A DNA stretch of 64,000 nucleotides from an uncultured bacterium (GTDB taxonomy: Bacteria; Babelota; Babeliae; Babelales; Babelaceae). Position 1 is the first letter of the stretch. The number at the start of each line of letters is the position of its first letter. The notes beneath the pieces were generated by a model that was given only the letters and a program-made list of their open reading frames with translations, made no database searches and was not told where the DNA came from. The DNA is taken from contig CAWGPQ010000005.1 of assembly GCA_963824495.1 (NCBI GenBank), forward strand, positions 32,001 to 96,000, written 5' to 3'. Shown here piece after piece: positions 37,044 through 47,199 of the stretch. The translations under genes and the position numbers were made by a program.

Positions 37044-38273
37044 ATGGAAAGATGCTTAAAGCTTTGGGTCATATTAAACGTATCACTGAGTATTCTAGGT
37101 GGTACGACTGCCATTGTCAGATCTGATGATACGAAGCAGGTGTTCGAGAGTACTATTTCTGCTGGTAGTTACTTTCTTTTTGCTCATGGCATACATGGTA
37201 ATAAAACTGATGCTGAATGGTATATTAATACAAAGAATCCTGATTATCCACTGATTACTGCCCCTTGCTTATCATTTAATTTTCCCATTCTAGAGCAGGA
37301 TGTAGATAGAGCTGTTATTCTTGAGGCTGCTTATAAAAAGCTCGTTAATCTCATTGACACCAGTCCTGCTGATCACACTATGCATAATGGTATTGCTATT
37401 TTTGGATCTTCCCAAGGGGCAGCAACGGCAATTAATGCTGTCGCTACAAGTAAGTTTCCGTATCTTAAGGCGCTTATTGCAGAAGCACCTTTTATACATG
37501 AGCACTCCCAACGCTCTTTGAGCTTATTCTATGAGTTTTTGCCGCTGTTTATGCAAAGCTGGATACAGAAAGCTGGCATATATTACCCAGATAATAGGAA
37601 CATTCTTGCGAATATAAGTAGGTTCCCCCATGATATACCCATACTATTGGTACATGCCAAAAATGACGAGTGCGTTCCATTGCGTAGCACACAAGCTCTG
37701 TATCTCAAGCTTATACAGGCGGGTCATCCAAAAGCCTATTTACTTGAGCTTGAAGATGGCAAGCACGGAAAATATACCAACGTTGAGCCTGATTGTGCAC
37801 AGGTGCGCAAAGATTCAGCACGTAAGTATTTGACGGTTGTTCATGCCATCTATAGAGCACATGATATACCGTATAATAAGCAGCTTGCCGATGAGGGCGA
37901 GCAGTATCTTGCCAGCGGACAGCTGCAGCCTGATGCTCAAAAAATAGAACAGCTTATGTACGAAGAGATGACTGAATGGAGCGAAACACAGACAGCGATA
38001 GCTATCTATACAACACTTGCTGCTCTTATGTTTGCCTATTATAAGCTTTTAGAAGTATCGGGTGAGCTAACGCCACCTGAAGTGGTTACCGTACCAACTA
38101 CTTCTTTCGATGTGGCTCAATTAATCGAAAGTCTTGTTAGAGATAAAAAGCCAGACGGTGTATGTGAGTTTATTGAGGTAATTATCACGACCCTTGGCCC
38201 GATAATCAAGAACTTACCTGAACAGCACGTAAAAGCATGTATTGAGACCCTTAATAGTTTAATCAAGCAGTAG
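37044..38273 (+). CDS. Secreted alpha/beta hydrolase
   Basis: FAHG, FGSSQGA nucleophile elbow, IAEAPF, LLVHAKND, GKHG. Confidence 0.8.
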   Translation: MERCLKLWVILNVSLSILGGTTAIVRSDDTKQVFESTISAGSYFLFAHGIHGNKTDAEWYINTKNPDYPLITAPCLSFNFPILEQDVDRAVILEAAYKKLVNLIDTSPADHTMHNGIAIFGSSQGAATAINAVATSKFPYLKALIAEAPFIHEHSQRSLSLFYEFLPLFMQSWIQKAGIYYPDNRNILANISRFPHDIPILLVHAKNDECVPLRSTQALYLKLIQAGHPKAYLLELEDGKHGKYTNVEPDCAQVRKDSARKYLTVVHAIYRAHDIPYNKQLADEGEQYLASGQLQPDAQKIEQLMYEEMTEWSETQTAIAIYTTLAALMFAYYKLLEVSGELTPPEVVTVPTTSFDVAQLIESLVRDKKPDGVCEFIEVIITTLGPIIKNLPEQHVKACIETLNSLIKQ

Positions 38274-38277
38274 TAGA

Positions 38278-39426
38278 TTAGCGTATGGGTGAGCGTAGCG
38301 TATAATAGAATTCAACGAGACGTTGAGCGGTTTTTTCCGGGTAATAGTCCCGTGCGGTGTTCCAAGCATTCTTTTGAAGTATCTTGAACAGTTCAGGTGA
38401 CTCCGCCACGTGCTCTATTTTTTGGGCCATATCGTGAGGTGATGACACAAGAAATCCGTTAATGCCTTCTTGAACAATATCACAAACACCGGTACCGTTA
38501 ACTGCTATTACTGGTGTACCGCTTGCCATCGCTTCAGCAAGAACGAGACCTTGAGTTTCGGTTGTTGAAGCAAAGATAAAAATATCAGCTCTCCTATACC
38601 AGTCGGCTATGCTAGTTCGCGGTGGCTTAATAATGAATTGCACGTGATCTGGCGAAAAAGCAAGTTTAGTGTAAGCATAGTCTTTCAGTGCTTCTGTTTC
38701 TTGACCAAAGCCAATAAGTGTTAGGCGAAACGGTACGGTAAGATACGTGCAGGCATTTAACAAGAACGGAATATTTTTTTCGGGCACAAAGCGACTTACG
38801 CTTAAAAGCTCGAGTTGCTTGCCTTTGGTTGGCTTGTAGGTAAATTGTGGCAGTATATATACTGGCATAATGCCACTAGGTATAACCGCAAGGTGCTGTG
38901 ATACTGTTTGAGCTTTAACGAGATGCTTAATCGACTCACTAGGAGCTATAAGACCGGTGACTTTGCTGCAAAAATGAGCAACCCATTTTTTTACGATAGG
39001 TTTGGTAAATTGCTTGGGCAACGGCACATAATGTACATATTGATCATAACGTGTGTGATGAGTAAAGACAACAGGAATCTTTTCACGACACGCAGCACGT
39101 ACAGCCGATGTGCAGAGTAAAAATGGGTGATGAACATGAATAATGTCAGGTGCATAGTGATGAATGAGCTTGAGGATGTGCCATTGGGCACCTATTGGTA
39201 CGGCCATCGGATTGTTTTTGTAACTAAATCGCAGAGGACAGGGTATACGAATTACTCCTTCTTCAGATATCTGCTGACCCAAGAAGTCAAGTGTTACGAT
39301 AATAACCGTGTGACCTAATGCTCGTAATTGAAGTGTACTAGTAGTGAGCGAACTAACAACACCTCCGGAATAGGGAGTATAATTATTTGTCACCATGAAA
39401 ATAGTTAATGGGCGTACTGTAGCCAA
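38278..39426 (-). CDS. Glycosyltransferase family 4 (diacylglycerol glucosyltransferase-like)
   Basis: YTPYSGGV, IIHVHHPF, THHTRY, SRFVPEKN, ETQGLVLAEAMASGTPVI. Confidence 0.88.
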   Translation of the reverse strand: MATVRPLTIFMVTNNYTPYSGGVVSSLTTSTLQLRALGHTVIIVTLDFLGQQISEEGVIRIPCPLRFSYKNNPMAVPIGAQWHILKLIHHYAPDIIHVHHPFLLCTSAVRAACREKIPVVFTHHTRYDQYVHYVPLPKQFTKPIVKKWVAHFCSKVTGLIAPSESIKHLVKAQTVSQHLAVIPSGIMPVYILPQFTYKPTKGKQLELLSVSRFVPEKNIPFLLNACTYLTVPFRLTLIGFGQETEALKDYAYTKLAFSPDHVQFIIKPPRTSIADWYRRADIFIFASTTETQGLVLAEAMASGTPVIAVNGTGVCDIVQEGINGFLVSSPHDMAQKIEHVAESPELFKILQKNAWNTARDYYPEKTAQRLVEFYYTLRSPIR

Positions 39427-39435
39427 TTTCTGACC

Positions 39436-40095
39436 TCAAGGAAAATGAGTGATACCTAATTTTTTCCAGTCAGCATCAAAAAGCACCATACCCCTTTCAG
39501 TCAGGGGATGTTCAAGTGATTTTTCAAGTAAATCAACAGGAATCGTTGCAATATCCACACCTAAAACTGCTACCTGATGTATATGGGAAATTGAGCGAAT
39601 CGAGGCTGCTAAAAGTTCTGTCTCAAAGCCATAGAGTATCAGTATATCTCGTAAATCGCTAATAACTTCTATACCATCGTAGCCAATATCGTCGATTCGT
39701 CCAATAAATGGCGATATATAGCGTACGCCAAGCTTGGCCATCATCAAACCCTGTAGTGCAGAAAAAATGAGGGTGATATTAAGAGCTATGCCCTCGTGAA
39801 CAAGCTTTTTGATTACGGTTACGTACTCTTTAGAGCAGGGTATTTTAACGACAACGTTGTCAGCAAGTGCTGCTATACGGTGTGCTTGTTCATAAACTGC
39901 TTGTGGTTCTTGCTCGGTAACTTCGATGCTAACATCATGACCCTTCATAATAGTACAAATTTCACGTAACGCTTTATCCGGTGATTCGGATTGCTTGCTT
40001 AAGTGGCTTGGGTTGGTTGTAACGCCATCAATAAGTCCTGTGGTTACCCATCGTCGTATACTTTCAGCATCAGCGGTATCCAGAAATATTTTCAT
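39436..40095 (-). CDS. fsa: Transaldolase / fructose-6-phosphate aldolase (short type)
   Basis: MKIFLDTA, GVTTNPS, VVVKIP, NITLIFS, YISPFIGRIDD, LLAASIR. Confidence 0.9.
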   Translation of the reverse strand: MKIFLDTADAESIRRWVTTGLIDGVTTNPSHLSKQSESPDKALREICTIMKGHDVSIEVTEQEPQAVYEQAHRIAALADNVVVKIPCSKEYVTVIKKLVHEGIALNITLIFSALQGLMMAKLGVRYISPFIGRIDDIGYDGIEVISDLRDILILYGFETELLAASIRSISHIHQVAVLGVDIATIPVDLLEKSLEHPLTERGMVLFDADWKKLGITHFP

Positions 40096-40257
40096 AGTAT
40101 CCTTTTTTTGTTTAATACTTACTACGTGCTCTACACGCTAGTATGAAGTCAGGGCGTCACATAAATCAAGGATCTAGACAAATGGACAATGACGTACTAA
40201 TGTAGATCTTGAAGCAAAAAAAGGGTGGCGTGTACTAAAAAAAGGAAAGGGTAATGA

Positions 40258-43200
40258 ATGCGTACCTTGCCAAGAAGTTATTGTATATTTCTTACTTTTG
40301 TGCTCATGTTATCGTATGCACATACCGCTGGTGCTGATAATGAGCACGATGCATATGTCCAGACTAATCTCGATGATAGCTCTGTGAGTGGCGCAGAAGA
40401 AAGCCTGATAGATATTACTGAGCTTTTACCAGTACTTGAGCGTATTAAATCTCTTGCTGAAGATGAAGATCATGTAGCACGTTTTGATAATTTTTACTCG
40501 AGCAGTAATGATCAGAAAGACGTACTACGTAAAGCCCAGGTATACCCACAGGAAGCACTTGAGCTTGTTGAAAGTAGTATTAATCTGCTTGATAAGCACT
40601 ATGATAAAATGGCTGATGCTGCAGATCTTGATAGTATTGTCACAACTCTGGGTGATTATTGGAGTTGCTTGCGTGATATACATGATACTCAAGATAGCAT
40701 TCGTGGTGTCAGGAGACCCTTTGCACATCAACTCCCCCATCAACAATCTGTTAAGAAATCAAGCTTTGATAAAATATTTTTAAATGATCTAAAAGTGCGA
40801 CGCAATGCCAAAGTAGGTGGTAATGGACAGATCGAAGGTTGCCTTGCAGTTAAAGGCGATACAGAACTTGGTGGTGAGCTTACAGTTAGTAAGGAAGCAT
40901 TGTTTGAAAAGGACGTAACCCTAGCCCATGGTGCTGACTTACATGCTGGTGGAGATCTATCCGTAAAGGGAGTTACGTCACTTAATACACTCAAGGTAGA
41001 AGGGAGCGAGCTCATAGAAGGTAAGCTTATCGTAGATAATAATGCCATCTTTAAGGATGATGTCAAAATTGAGGGTGGTTTGACAATACGAGGTGCCTTG
41101 AATTTAAGCACGATCGGTAATGTGACATTTAATGATTTGACTATTTCTCATTTGACTACTCATGATAGTAAAATTATCGGCGATGAGACGGTTATAGGCA
41201 ATGAATCAGTTAGTGGTAAGTTGAGTGTTGGGCAAGGTGCCGTCTTTAATGACAATGTTCTTGTGAAAGGTGATTGTACCGTTAAAGGTGCTACATCTCT
41301 TGATACGCTTGCAGCTGGTACAACAAAGTTGGGCTCTACGACCATTCAAGGGTCAGAAACGGTTACCGGTCGATTAAGTGTTTATGATAAAGCTATATTT
41401 ACCGATGATGTGGTATTAGGTACACGAGCAAGCACAACGACGGTTTCTGGTGATTTAAACACTGAGGCTATTCATGCTAGTGGCTCAGTACATGTGGGTG
41501 GTAATGTGCACGTTGGTAACGCTGTTCGTACCCAGAGCTTAACGGCCAGCGGAGATGTTCTTGTTGAAGGTGACGCATCTTTTAAGAAGAATGTTGTGCT
41601 TGGCAGTTATGGTAGTACTGTTAAAGTTAATGGCACACTTGATATCCCTGCGCTCCATGTAAGCGGTGACGAGTCGGTTGATGGTACTTTAGATGTGGCT
41701 GGCATGACGCATTTGGCAAGCATGGTGACTGAGGGTGACGCTACATTCCAGGGTATGGTAAAGCTTGGTGGTTGTGGTAAGCAGGTAACGATCTGTAGCC
41801 CACTTTCTACACAGGATCTGAAGGTTGATGGTGATGCAACAGTTCACGATATCTTAACCGTAGATGGAGATACAAGGCTTGCTTCGCTTACTGCCAGTGG
41901 TGATACGGCATTGCAAGGTAATGTGATCTTAGGTAGTTGCGGTAGCTCGGTTAAAGTTACTGGAGCATTTGATACTTCTATGCTTCGCGTGAGTGGTAAC
42001 GAATCAGTAGATGGTACTCTAGATGTAGCTGGCGCTACCCGTTTGGCAAGCATACTAGCTGAAGGTGACGCTACGCTTCGTGGTACAGTAAGGCTTGGTG
42101 GTTGTGGTAAGCAGGTGACGGTCTGTGGTCCACTTTTTACGCAAGAGCTGAATGTGACTGGTGACGCAATAGTTCAGGACACTTTGACTGTAGATGGGGA
42201 TACAAAGCTTACTTCGCTTATAGTAAGCACTGATACGACATTACAAGGTAATGTAATTTTAGGTAGTGCCGATAGCGGAGTTAAAGTTACCGGAGTATTT
42301 GACGCTTCTACGCTTCATGTAAGTGGTAATGAGTTGGTAGCCGGTAACTTAGATGTAGCTGGTGCTACTCGTTTGGCAAGCGTACTGGCTGAGGATGTCA
42401 TTGTTGATACGCTTTCAGCTGGTATAACAAAGTTGGGCTCTACGACCATTCAAGGGTCAGAAACGGTTACCGGTCGATTAAGTGTTTATGATAAAGCTAT
42501 ATTTACCGATGATGTTGTACTAGGTACACGAGCAAGCACAACAACAGTTTCCGGTGATTTAAACACTGAGGCTATTCATGCTAGTGGCTCAGTACATGTA
42601 GATGGGAATGTGCAGGTTGATAGTGCTATCCGTGCCCAGAGCTTGACAGTTAGTGAAGATGTTCTCGCTGAAGGTGATGCGTTATTTAAGAAAAATGTAA
42701 TCTTAGGCGATTGCGGTAGCATGGTTAAAGTTAATGGCGTACTAGATACTTCCGAGCTTCATGTGCATGGTAGTGAAGTAGTGGATGGCGATTTAGATGT
42801 AGCTGGTACTACGCGTTTGGCAAGCATACTAGCTGAGGGTGATGCTACGCTTCGGGGTACAGTAAAACTTGGTGATTGTGGTAATGAGGTAACCGTCTGC
42901 GGCTCACTTTCTACGGGGGATCTGAAGGTTGATGGTGATGCAACAGTTCACGATGTCTTAACCGTAGATGGGGATACAAGGCTTGCTTCGCTTACTGCCG
43001 GTGGTGATACAGCACTGCAAGGTAATGTAATCTTAGGCAGTTGTGGTAGCACCGTTAAAGTTAATGGATCGCTTGAGGCTTCTGAGCTTTATGTATATGG
43101 CAGTGAAGTAGTGGATGGCGATTTAGATGTAGCTGGTACTACGCGTTTAGCAAGCATACTAGCTGAGGGTGATGCTACGCTTCGGGGTACAGTAAAACTT

Positions 43201-46200
43201 GGTGATTGTGGTAATGAGGTAACCGTCTGCGGCTCACTTTCTACGGGGGATCTGAAGGTTGATGGTGATGCAACAGTTCACGATGTCTTAACCGTAGATG
43301 GGGATACAAGGCTTGCTTCGCTTACTGCCGGTGGTGATACAGCACTGCAAGGTAATGTAATCTTAGGCAGTTGTGGTAGCACCGTTAAAGTTAATGGATC
43401 GCTTGAGGCTTCTGAGCTTTATGTATATGGCAGTGAAGTAGTGGATGGCGATTTAGATGTAGCTGGTACTACGCGTTTGGCAAGCATACTAGCTGAGGGT
43501 GATGCTACGCTTCGGGGTACAGTAAAACTTGGTGATTGTGGTAATGAGGTAACCGTCTGCGGCTTACTTTCTACGCGGGATCTGAAGGTTGATGGTGATG
43601 CAACAGTTCACGATGTCTTAACCGTGGATGGGGATACAAGGCTTGCTTCGCTTACTGCCAATGGTGATACAGCATTGCGAGGTAATGTAATCTTAGGCGA
43701 TTGCGGTAGCACTGTTAAAGTTAACGGAGTACTTGAAGCTTCTGCGCTCCATGTAAGTGGTAATGAGTTGGTAACTGGTAATTTAGATGTAGCTGGTACT
43801 ACGCGTTTGGCAGGCGTACTAGCTGAGGGTGATGCTACGCTTCGCGGTACAGTAATACTTGGTGATTGTGGTAATGAGGTAACCGTTTGCGGCCCACTTT
43901 CTACATGGAGTCTCAAGGTTGATGGTGACGCAACAGTTCACGATGTCTTAACCGTAGATGGAGATACGAGGCTTGCTTCGCTTAGTGCCAGCGGCGATAC
44001 AGCACTGCGAGGTAATGTAGTCTTAGGCAGTTGTGGTACTAAAATAACAATTTGCGGCGAGCTTGATATTCCGCTTCCTCATAAAGAAGAAGACCACTGT
44101 GGTAATGAGAAGGTATGCGGTAACTTGGATGTTAGGGGTGACGTTACGATTGGCTGCTCAACAGGACCCTGTTCGTCACGCGATTGTTGCGTGTGTCCCT
44201 CACCGATACCAGGAGGGTTAACTGTTTGTGGGCCAACGAACTTAAAAGGTGATGTTTCTATTGGTTGCCCTTATGGTACAGGAACGTTAACCGTATGTGA
44301 TAGTACACTATTTAACGGGCCCGTAAGCTTTACACAGTGCATAACAGGACCGTTATGTGTTAATGGAGATTTTACTGTTAACGGTAACGAGGTGGTTAAC
44401 GGTAATCTTACTGTTACCGGTGATCAGATAATAGATGGTGATTTAACCGTTAAAGGAACTATTAATGGTGAGGTAACATTGCCCGATACCGTAACCATTG
44501 GTTGTCAAACCGGTGAGGGTAGCTTAATTGTTTGTGGAACGGCAACGTTTACCGATACAGTAAATTTTGAAGGACCAATAGTATTTAGCGGAAGCCCAGA
44601 ATTTGACGAGTGCATAACGGGACCGGTATGTGTTAATGGGGATGTTACTGTTAATGGTGACGAAGTAGTTAACGGTGATCTTACCGTGAGAGGTATGGCA
44701 GACTTTCAAGATAATGTTAGTATTGGCTGTCCTTATGGCACGGGCAATTTAACCGTGTGCGGCAGCTCTTTATTTAGTGGTGCTGTAACGTTTGCTGATA
44801 GTGTAACATTTGAACAATGCATAACGGGACCATTATGTGTTAACGGTACCTTTACCGTTAATGGTAACGAGACGGTTAATGGCAATCTAACAGTAACTGG
44901 AACATCAACATTTGATGGTGCTGTAACGTTTGCTGATAGTGTAACATTTGAACAATGCATAACAGGGCCATTATGTGTTAATGGTACCTTTACCGTTAAT
45001 GGTAACGAGACGGTTAACGGTAATTTGACGGTGACAGGTACTATATTTCAGGGGACTAACTCGGTAGTAGTAGGAACTACCACATCCAACAATGACGCAA
45101 TCGCTCGCTTTAGTGGAACTACCGGTGAAGCTATCAAGAACTCAGCCATGATCTTAACGGATCTGATAACGACGCCACAACCTTATGTAGCATTACAGGC
45201 TGATGATCTTGTTACGCCGAATATATCATTTGTGGTTGAGCCAAAGGGCACTGGGGCTTTAATCGCAACTATTTCAACAGGTATTTTTGGCAATGCCCGG
45301 GGTATTAATGCTGTTGACTTGCAGCTGAACAGACCGGCAGCGACAGATGTTGCAGGGGGGGATTTTTCTACCGTAAGCGGTGGTTCTGGCAACGCAATTA
45401 CTGGGCCAATTACAGCCAACATAGCAGAGACAACAATAAGTGGTGGTAGCGGTAATACTATAAGCGTGCTTGATACAAGTACAGCAGTTGAAGCAACAAT
45501 AGGTGGTGGTTCTGGCAATTCTATTATGTCGATCACTGCTGGTGTAACAAATAATGCAACAATTGCTGGCGGTATCGGTAATACTATAAGTGGTAATGGT
45601 TCGACCGGTACTTCGGGTTTTAACGCAACTATAGGTGGTGGTTTTGGTAATGCTGCATCCGCTCAAGGTGTTGTAATAGCTGGTGGTGAGGCAAATGCTG
45701 CTAGTGGTATCACTTCAACTATAGGTGGCGGTACGGGCAATTCAATTACCGGGCCAATTACGGCTAACATAGCAGATACAACAATAAGTGGTGGTATTGG
45801 TAATACTATAAGCATACTTGATACAAGTACAGCAGTTGAAGCGACAATAGGTGGTGGTTCTAGTAATTCTATTACGTCGACCACCGCTGGTGTAGCAAAT
45901 AATGCAACAATTGCTGGCGGTAGCGGTAACACTATAAGTGGTAACGGTTCAACTGGTACTTCGGGTCTTAACGCAACAATAGGGGGCGGTCTTAGTAATG
46001 CTGTGTCCGCTCAAGGTGTTGTAATAGCCGGTGGCGAGTCTAATGGTGCTGGCGGTACCGATTCAACTATAGGTGGCGGTACGCGTAATTCAATTAGTGG
46101 GGTGGCCACTAGTATAGCAGCCACAACGATAGGTGGTGGTAGCGCTAACTCAATATCAACAAGTGATACAAGCACGGCAATTCAAGCAACAATAGGCGGT

Positions 46201-47064
46201 GGTTCCGGTAATTCAATTACAGTGATAAATGCCGGAGTAGCAGATAATGCAACAATTGCTGGCGGTAGTACCAATGTTATAAGTATTAACGCTGTCATTG
46301 GCCCTAATGCGACAATAGGTGGTGGCTTGAGTAACCTCGCAGAGGCTGAGGGTACCGTAATAGCTGGTGGTGAGAATAATAGTGCCGAGCGTCCCTTTGC
46401 TACCGTTGGAGGCGGCAGTGGTAACACTGTATCCGGTGAATACTCTACAATTCCAGGCGGGATCAATAATTCAGCGTCAGGTACCGCCAGTTTTGCGGCA
46501 GGTAATATGGCGCAGGCAGTTAATAATGGTGCTTTTGTGTGGGCAGATGACCTTGGTGGTGGTACTGCCTTTTCAAGTACGCTTGCTAATCAGTTTAGCG
46601 CACGGGCTACAGGTGGGGTAGTTTTTGATTTAGGTGGTGCAGCTGGAACGCCAACGGCAGGTACTTTCTTAATAGAAGGTGCTTTAACGGTAACAGGGGC
46701 TAAAGCGTTCGATATACCTCACCCAAGCAAGCCAGGCATGAGGTTACGTCATTCATGCGTTGAGTCTCCAACTGCCGGTGATAATATATATAGATTTACG
46801 GTTGAAGTTGTTGATGGTAAGGCTGAACTGGAACTTCCAGATTATTTCCCTTACCTAAACGGTAATATACAGGCATGGGCCAACCCTGCTAGCGTGTTTG
46901 GTTTTGCGCAAGCGATCTATGATGCTACGTCAAATGAAATACGTGTTATTGGTTCAGCAGATGGTGTCTATAATATACTCGTTATCGGTACACGTATTGA
47001 CGCACTTGCGCAACAAGCATGGGCTGCAACAGGAGTTGAATATACACATCAACAGGTATCTTAA
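40258..47064 (+). CDS. Giant exported fibre-like repeat protein 1 (2268 aa)
   Basis: Signal peptide; helical N-domain; V.G..V.G beta repeats; Cys-rich CITGPLCVNG modules; TIGGG.N repeats; C-terminal KAFDIPHP...LRHSCVESP domain. Confidence 0.85.
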   Translation: MRTLPRSYCIFLTFVLMLSYAHTAGADNEHDAYVQTNLDDSSVSGAEESLIDITELLPVLERIKSLAEDEDHVARFDNFYSSSNDQKDVLRKAQVYPQEALELVESSINLLDKHYDKMADAADLDSIVTTLGDYWSCLRDIHDTQDSIRGVRRPFAHQLPHQQSVKKSSFDKIFLNDLKVRRNAKVGGNGQIEGCLAVKGDTELGGELTVSKEALFEKDVTLAHGADLHAGGDLSVKGVTSLNTLKVEGSELIEGKLIVDNNAIFKDDVKIEGGLTIRGALNLSTIGNVTFNDLTISHLTTHDSKIIGDETVIGNESVSGKLSVGQGAVFNDNVLVKGDCTVKGATSLDTLAAGTTKLGSTTIQGSETVTGRLSVYDKAIFTDDVVLGTRASTTTVSGDLNTEAIHASGSVHVGGNVHVGNAVRTQSLTASGDVLVEGDASFKKNVVLGSYGSTVKVNGTLDIPALHVSGDESVDGTLDVAGMTHLASMVTEGDATFQGMVKLGGCGKQVTICSPLSTQDLKVDGDATVHDILTVDGDTRLASLTASGDTALQGNVILGSCGSSVKVTGAFDTSMLRVSGNESVDGTLDVAGATRLASILAEGDATLRGTVRLGGCGKQVTVCGPLFTQELNVTGDAIVQDTLTVDGDTKLTSLIVSTDTTLQGNVILGSADSGVKVTGVFDASTLHVSGNELVAGNLDVAGATRLASVLAEDVIVDTLSAGITKLGSTTIQGSETVTGRLSVYDKAIFTDDVVLGTRASTTTVSGDLNTEAIHASGSVHVDGNVQVDSAIRAQSLTVSEDVLAEGDALFKKNVILGDCGSMVKVNGVLDTSELHVHGSEVVDGDLDVAGTTRLASILAEGDATLRGTVKLGDCGNEVTVCGSLSTGDLKVDGDATVHDVLTVDGDTRLASLTAGGDTALQGNVILGSCGSTVKVNGSLEASELYVYGSEVVDGDLDVAGTTRLASILAEGDATLRGTVKLGDCGNEVTVCGSLSTGDLKVDGDATVHDVLTVDGDTRLASLTAGGDTALQGNVILGSCGSTVKVNGSLEASELYVYGSEVVDGDLDVAGTTRLASILAEGDATLRGTVKLGDCGNEVTVCGLLSTRDLKVDGDATVHDVLTVDGDTRLASLTANGDTALRGNVILGDCGSTVKVNGVLEASALHVSGNELVTGNLDVAGTTRLAGVLAEGDATLRGTVILGDCGNEVTVCGPLSTWSLKVDGDATVHDVLTVDGDTRLASLSASGDTALRGNVVLGSCGTKITICGELDIPLPHKEEDHCGNEKVCGNLDVRGDVTIGCSTGPCSSRDCCVCPSPIPGGLTVCGPTNLKGDVSIGCPYGTGTLTVCDSTLFNGPVSFTQCITGPLCVNGDFTVNGNEVVNGNLTVTGDQIIDGDLTVKGTINGEVTLPDTVTIGCQTGEGSLIVCGTATFTDTVNFEGPIVFSGSPEFDECITGPVCVNGDVTVNGDEVVNGDLTVRGMADFQDNVSIGCPYGTGNLTVCGSSLFSGAVTFADSVTFEQCITGPLCVNGTFTVNGNETVNGNLTVTGTSTFDGAVTFADSVTFEQCITGPLCVNGTFTVNGNETVNGNLTVTGTIFQGTNSVVVGTTTSNNDAIARFSGTTGEAIKNSAMILTDLITTPQPYVALQADDLVTPNISFVVEPKGTGALIATISTGIFGNARGINAVDLQLNRPAATDVAGGDFSTVSGGSGNAITGPITANIAETTISGGSGNTISVLDTSTAVEATIGGGSGNSIMSITAGVTNNATIAGGIGNTISGNGSTGTSGFNATIGGGFGNAASAQGVVIAGGEANAASGITSTIGGGTGNSITGPITANIADTTISGGIGNTISILDTSTAVEATIGGGSSNSITSTTAGVANNATIAGGSGNTISGNGSTGTSGLNATIGGGLSNAVSAQGVVIAGGESNGAGGTDSTIGGGTRNSISGVATSIAATTIGGGSANSISTSDTSTAIQATIGGGSGNSITVINAGVADNATIAGGSTNVISINAVIGPNATIGGGLSNLAEAEGTVIAGGENNSAERPFATVGGGSGNTVSGEYSTIPGGINNSASGTASFAAGNMAQAVNNGAFVWADDLGGGTAFSSTLANQFSARATGGVVFDLGGAAGTPTAGTFLIEGALTVTGAKAFDIPHPSKPGMRLRHSCVESPTAGDNIYRFTVEVVDGKAELELPDYFPYLNGNIQAWANPASVFGFAQAIYDATSNEIRVIGSADGVYNILVIGTRIDALAQQAWAATGVEYTHQQVS
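42769..43758 (+). repeat. 330-bp (110-aa) near-perfect tandem repeat x3, with more diverged copies on both sides (about 41660-44040)
   Basis: GTGGATGGCGATTTAGATGTAGCTGG recurs at 42781, 43111 and 43441. Confidence 0.92.
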
Positions 47065-47107
47065 TCGATAACCATGAGGTACATTGAGATAAATATTGAG
47101 GTAAATA

Positions 47108-47132
47108 AGGAAGAGGCTTCATGCCTCTTCCT
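47108..47132. terminator. Hairpin between fibre genes 1 and 2
   Basis: AGGAAGAGGC-ttcat-GCCTCTTCCT perfect 10-bp stem; no U tract on the + strand. Confidence 0.55.
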
Positions 47133-47199
47133 CGTAGTATTAAGGTAGTATTGAGTAATGTTAAGTAACGTTAAGTTAAAGCTAAAAAAAGGGGTAGTT

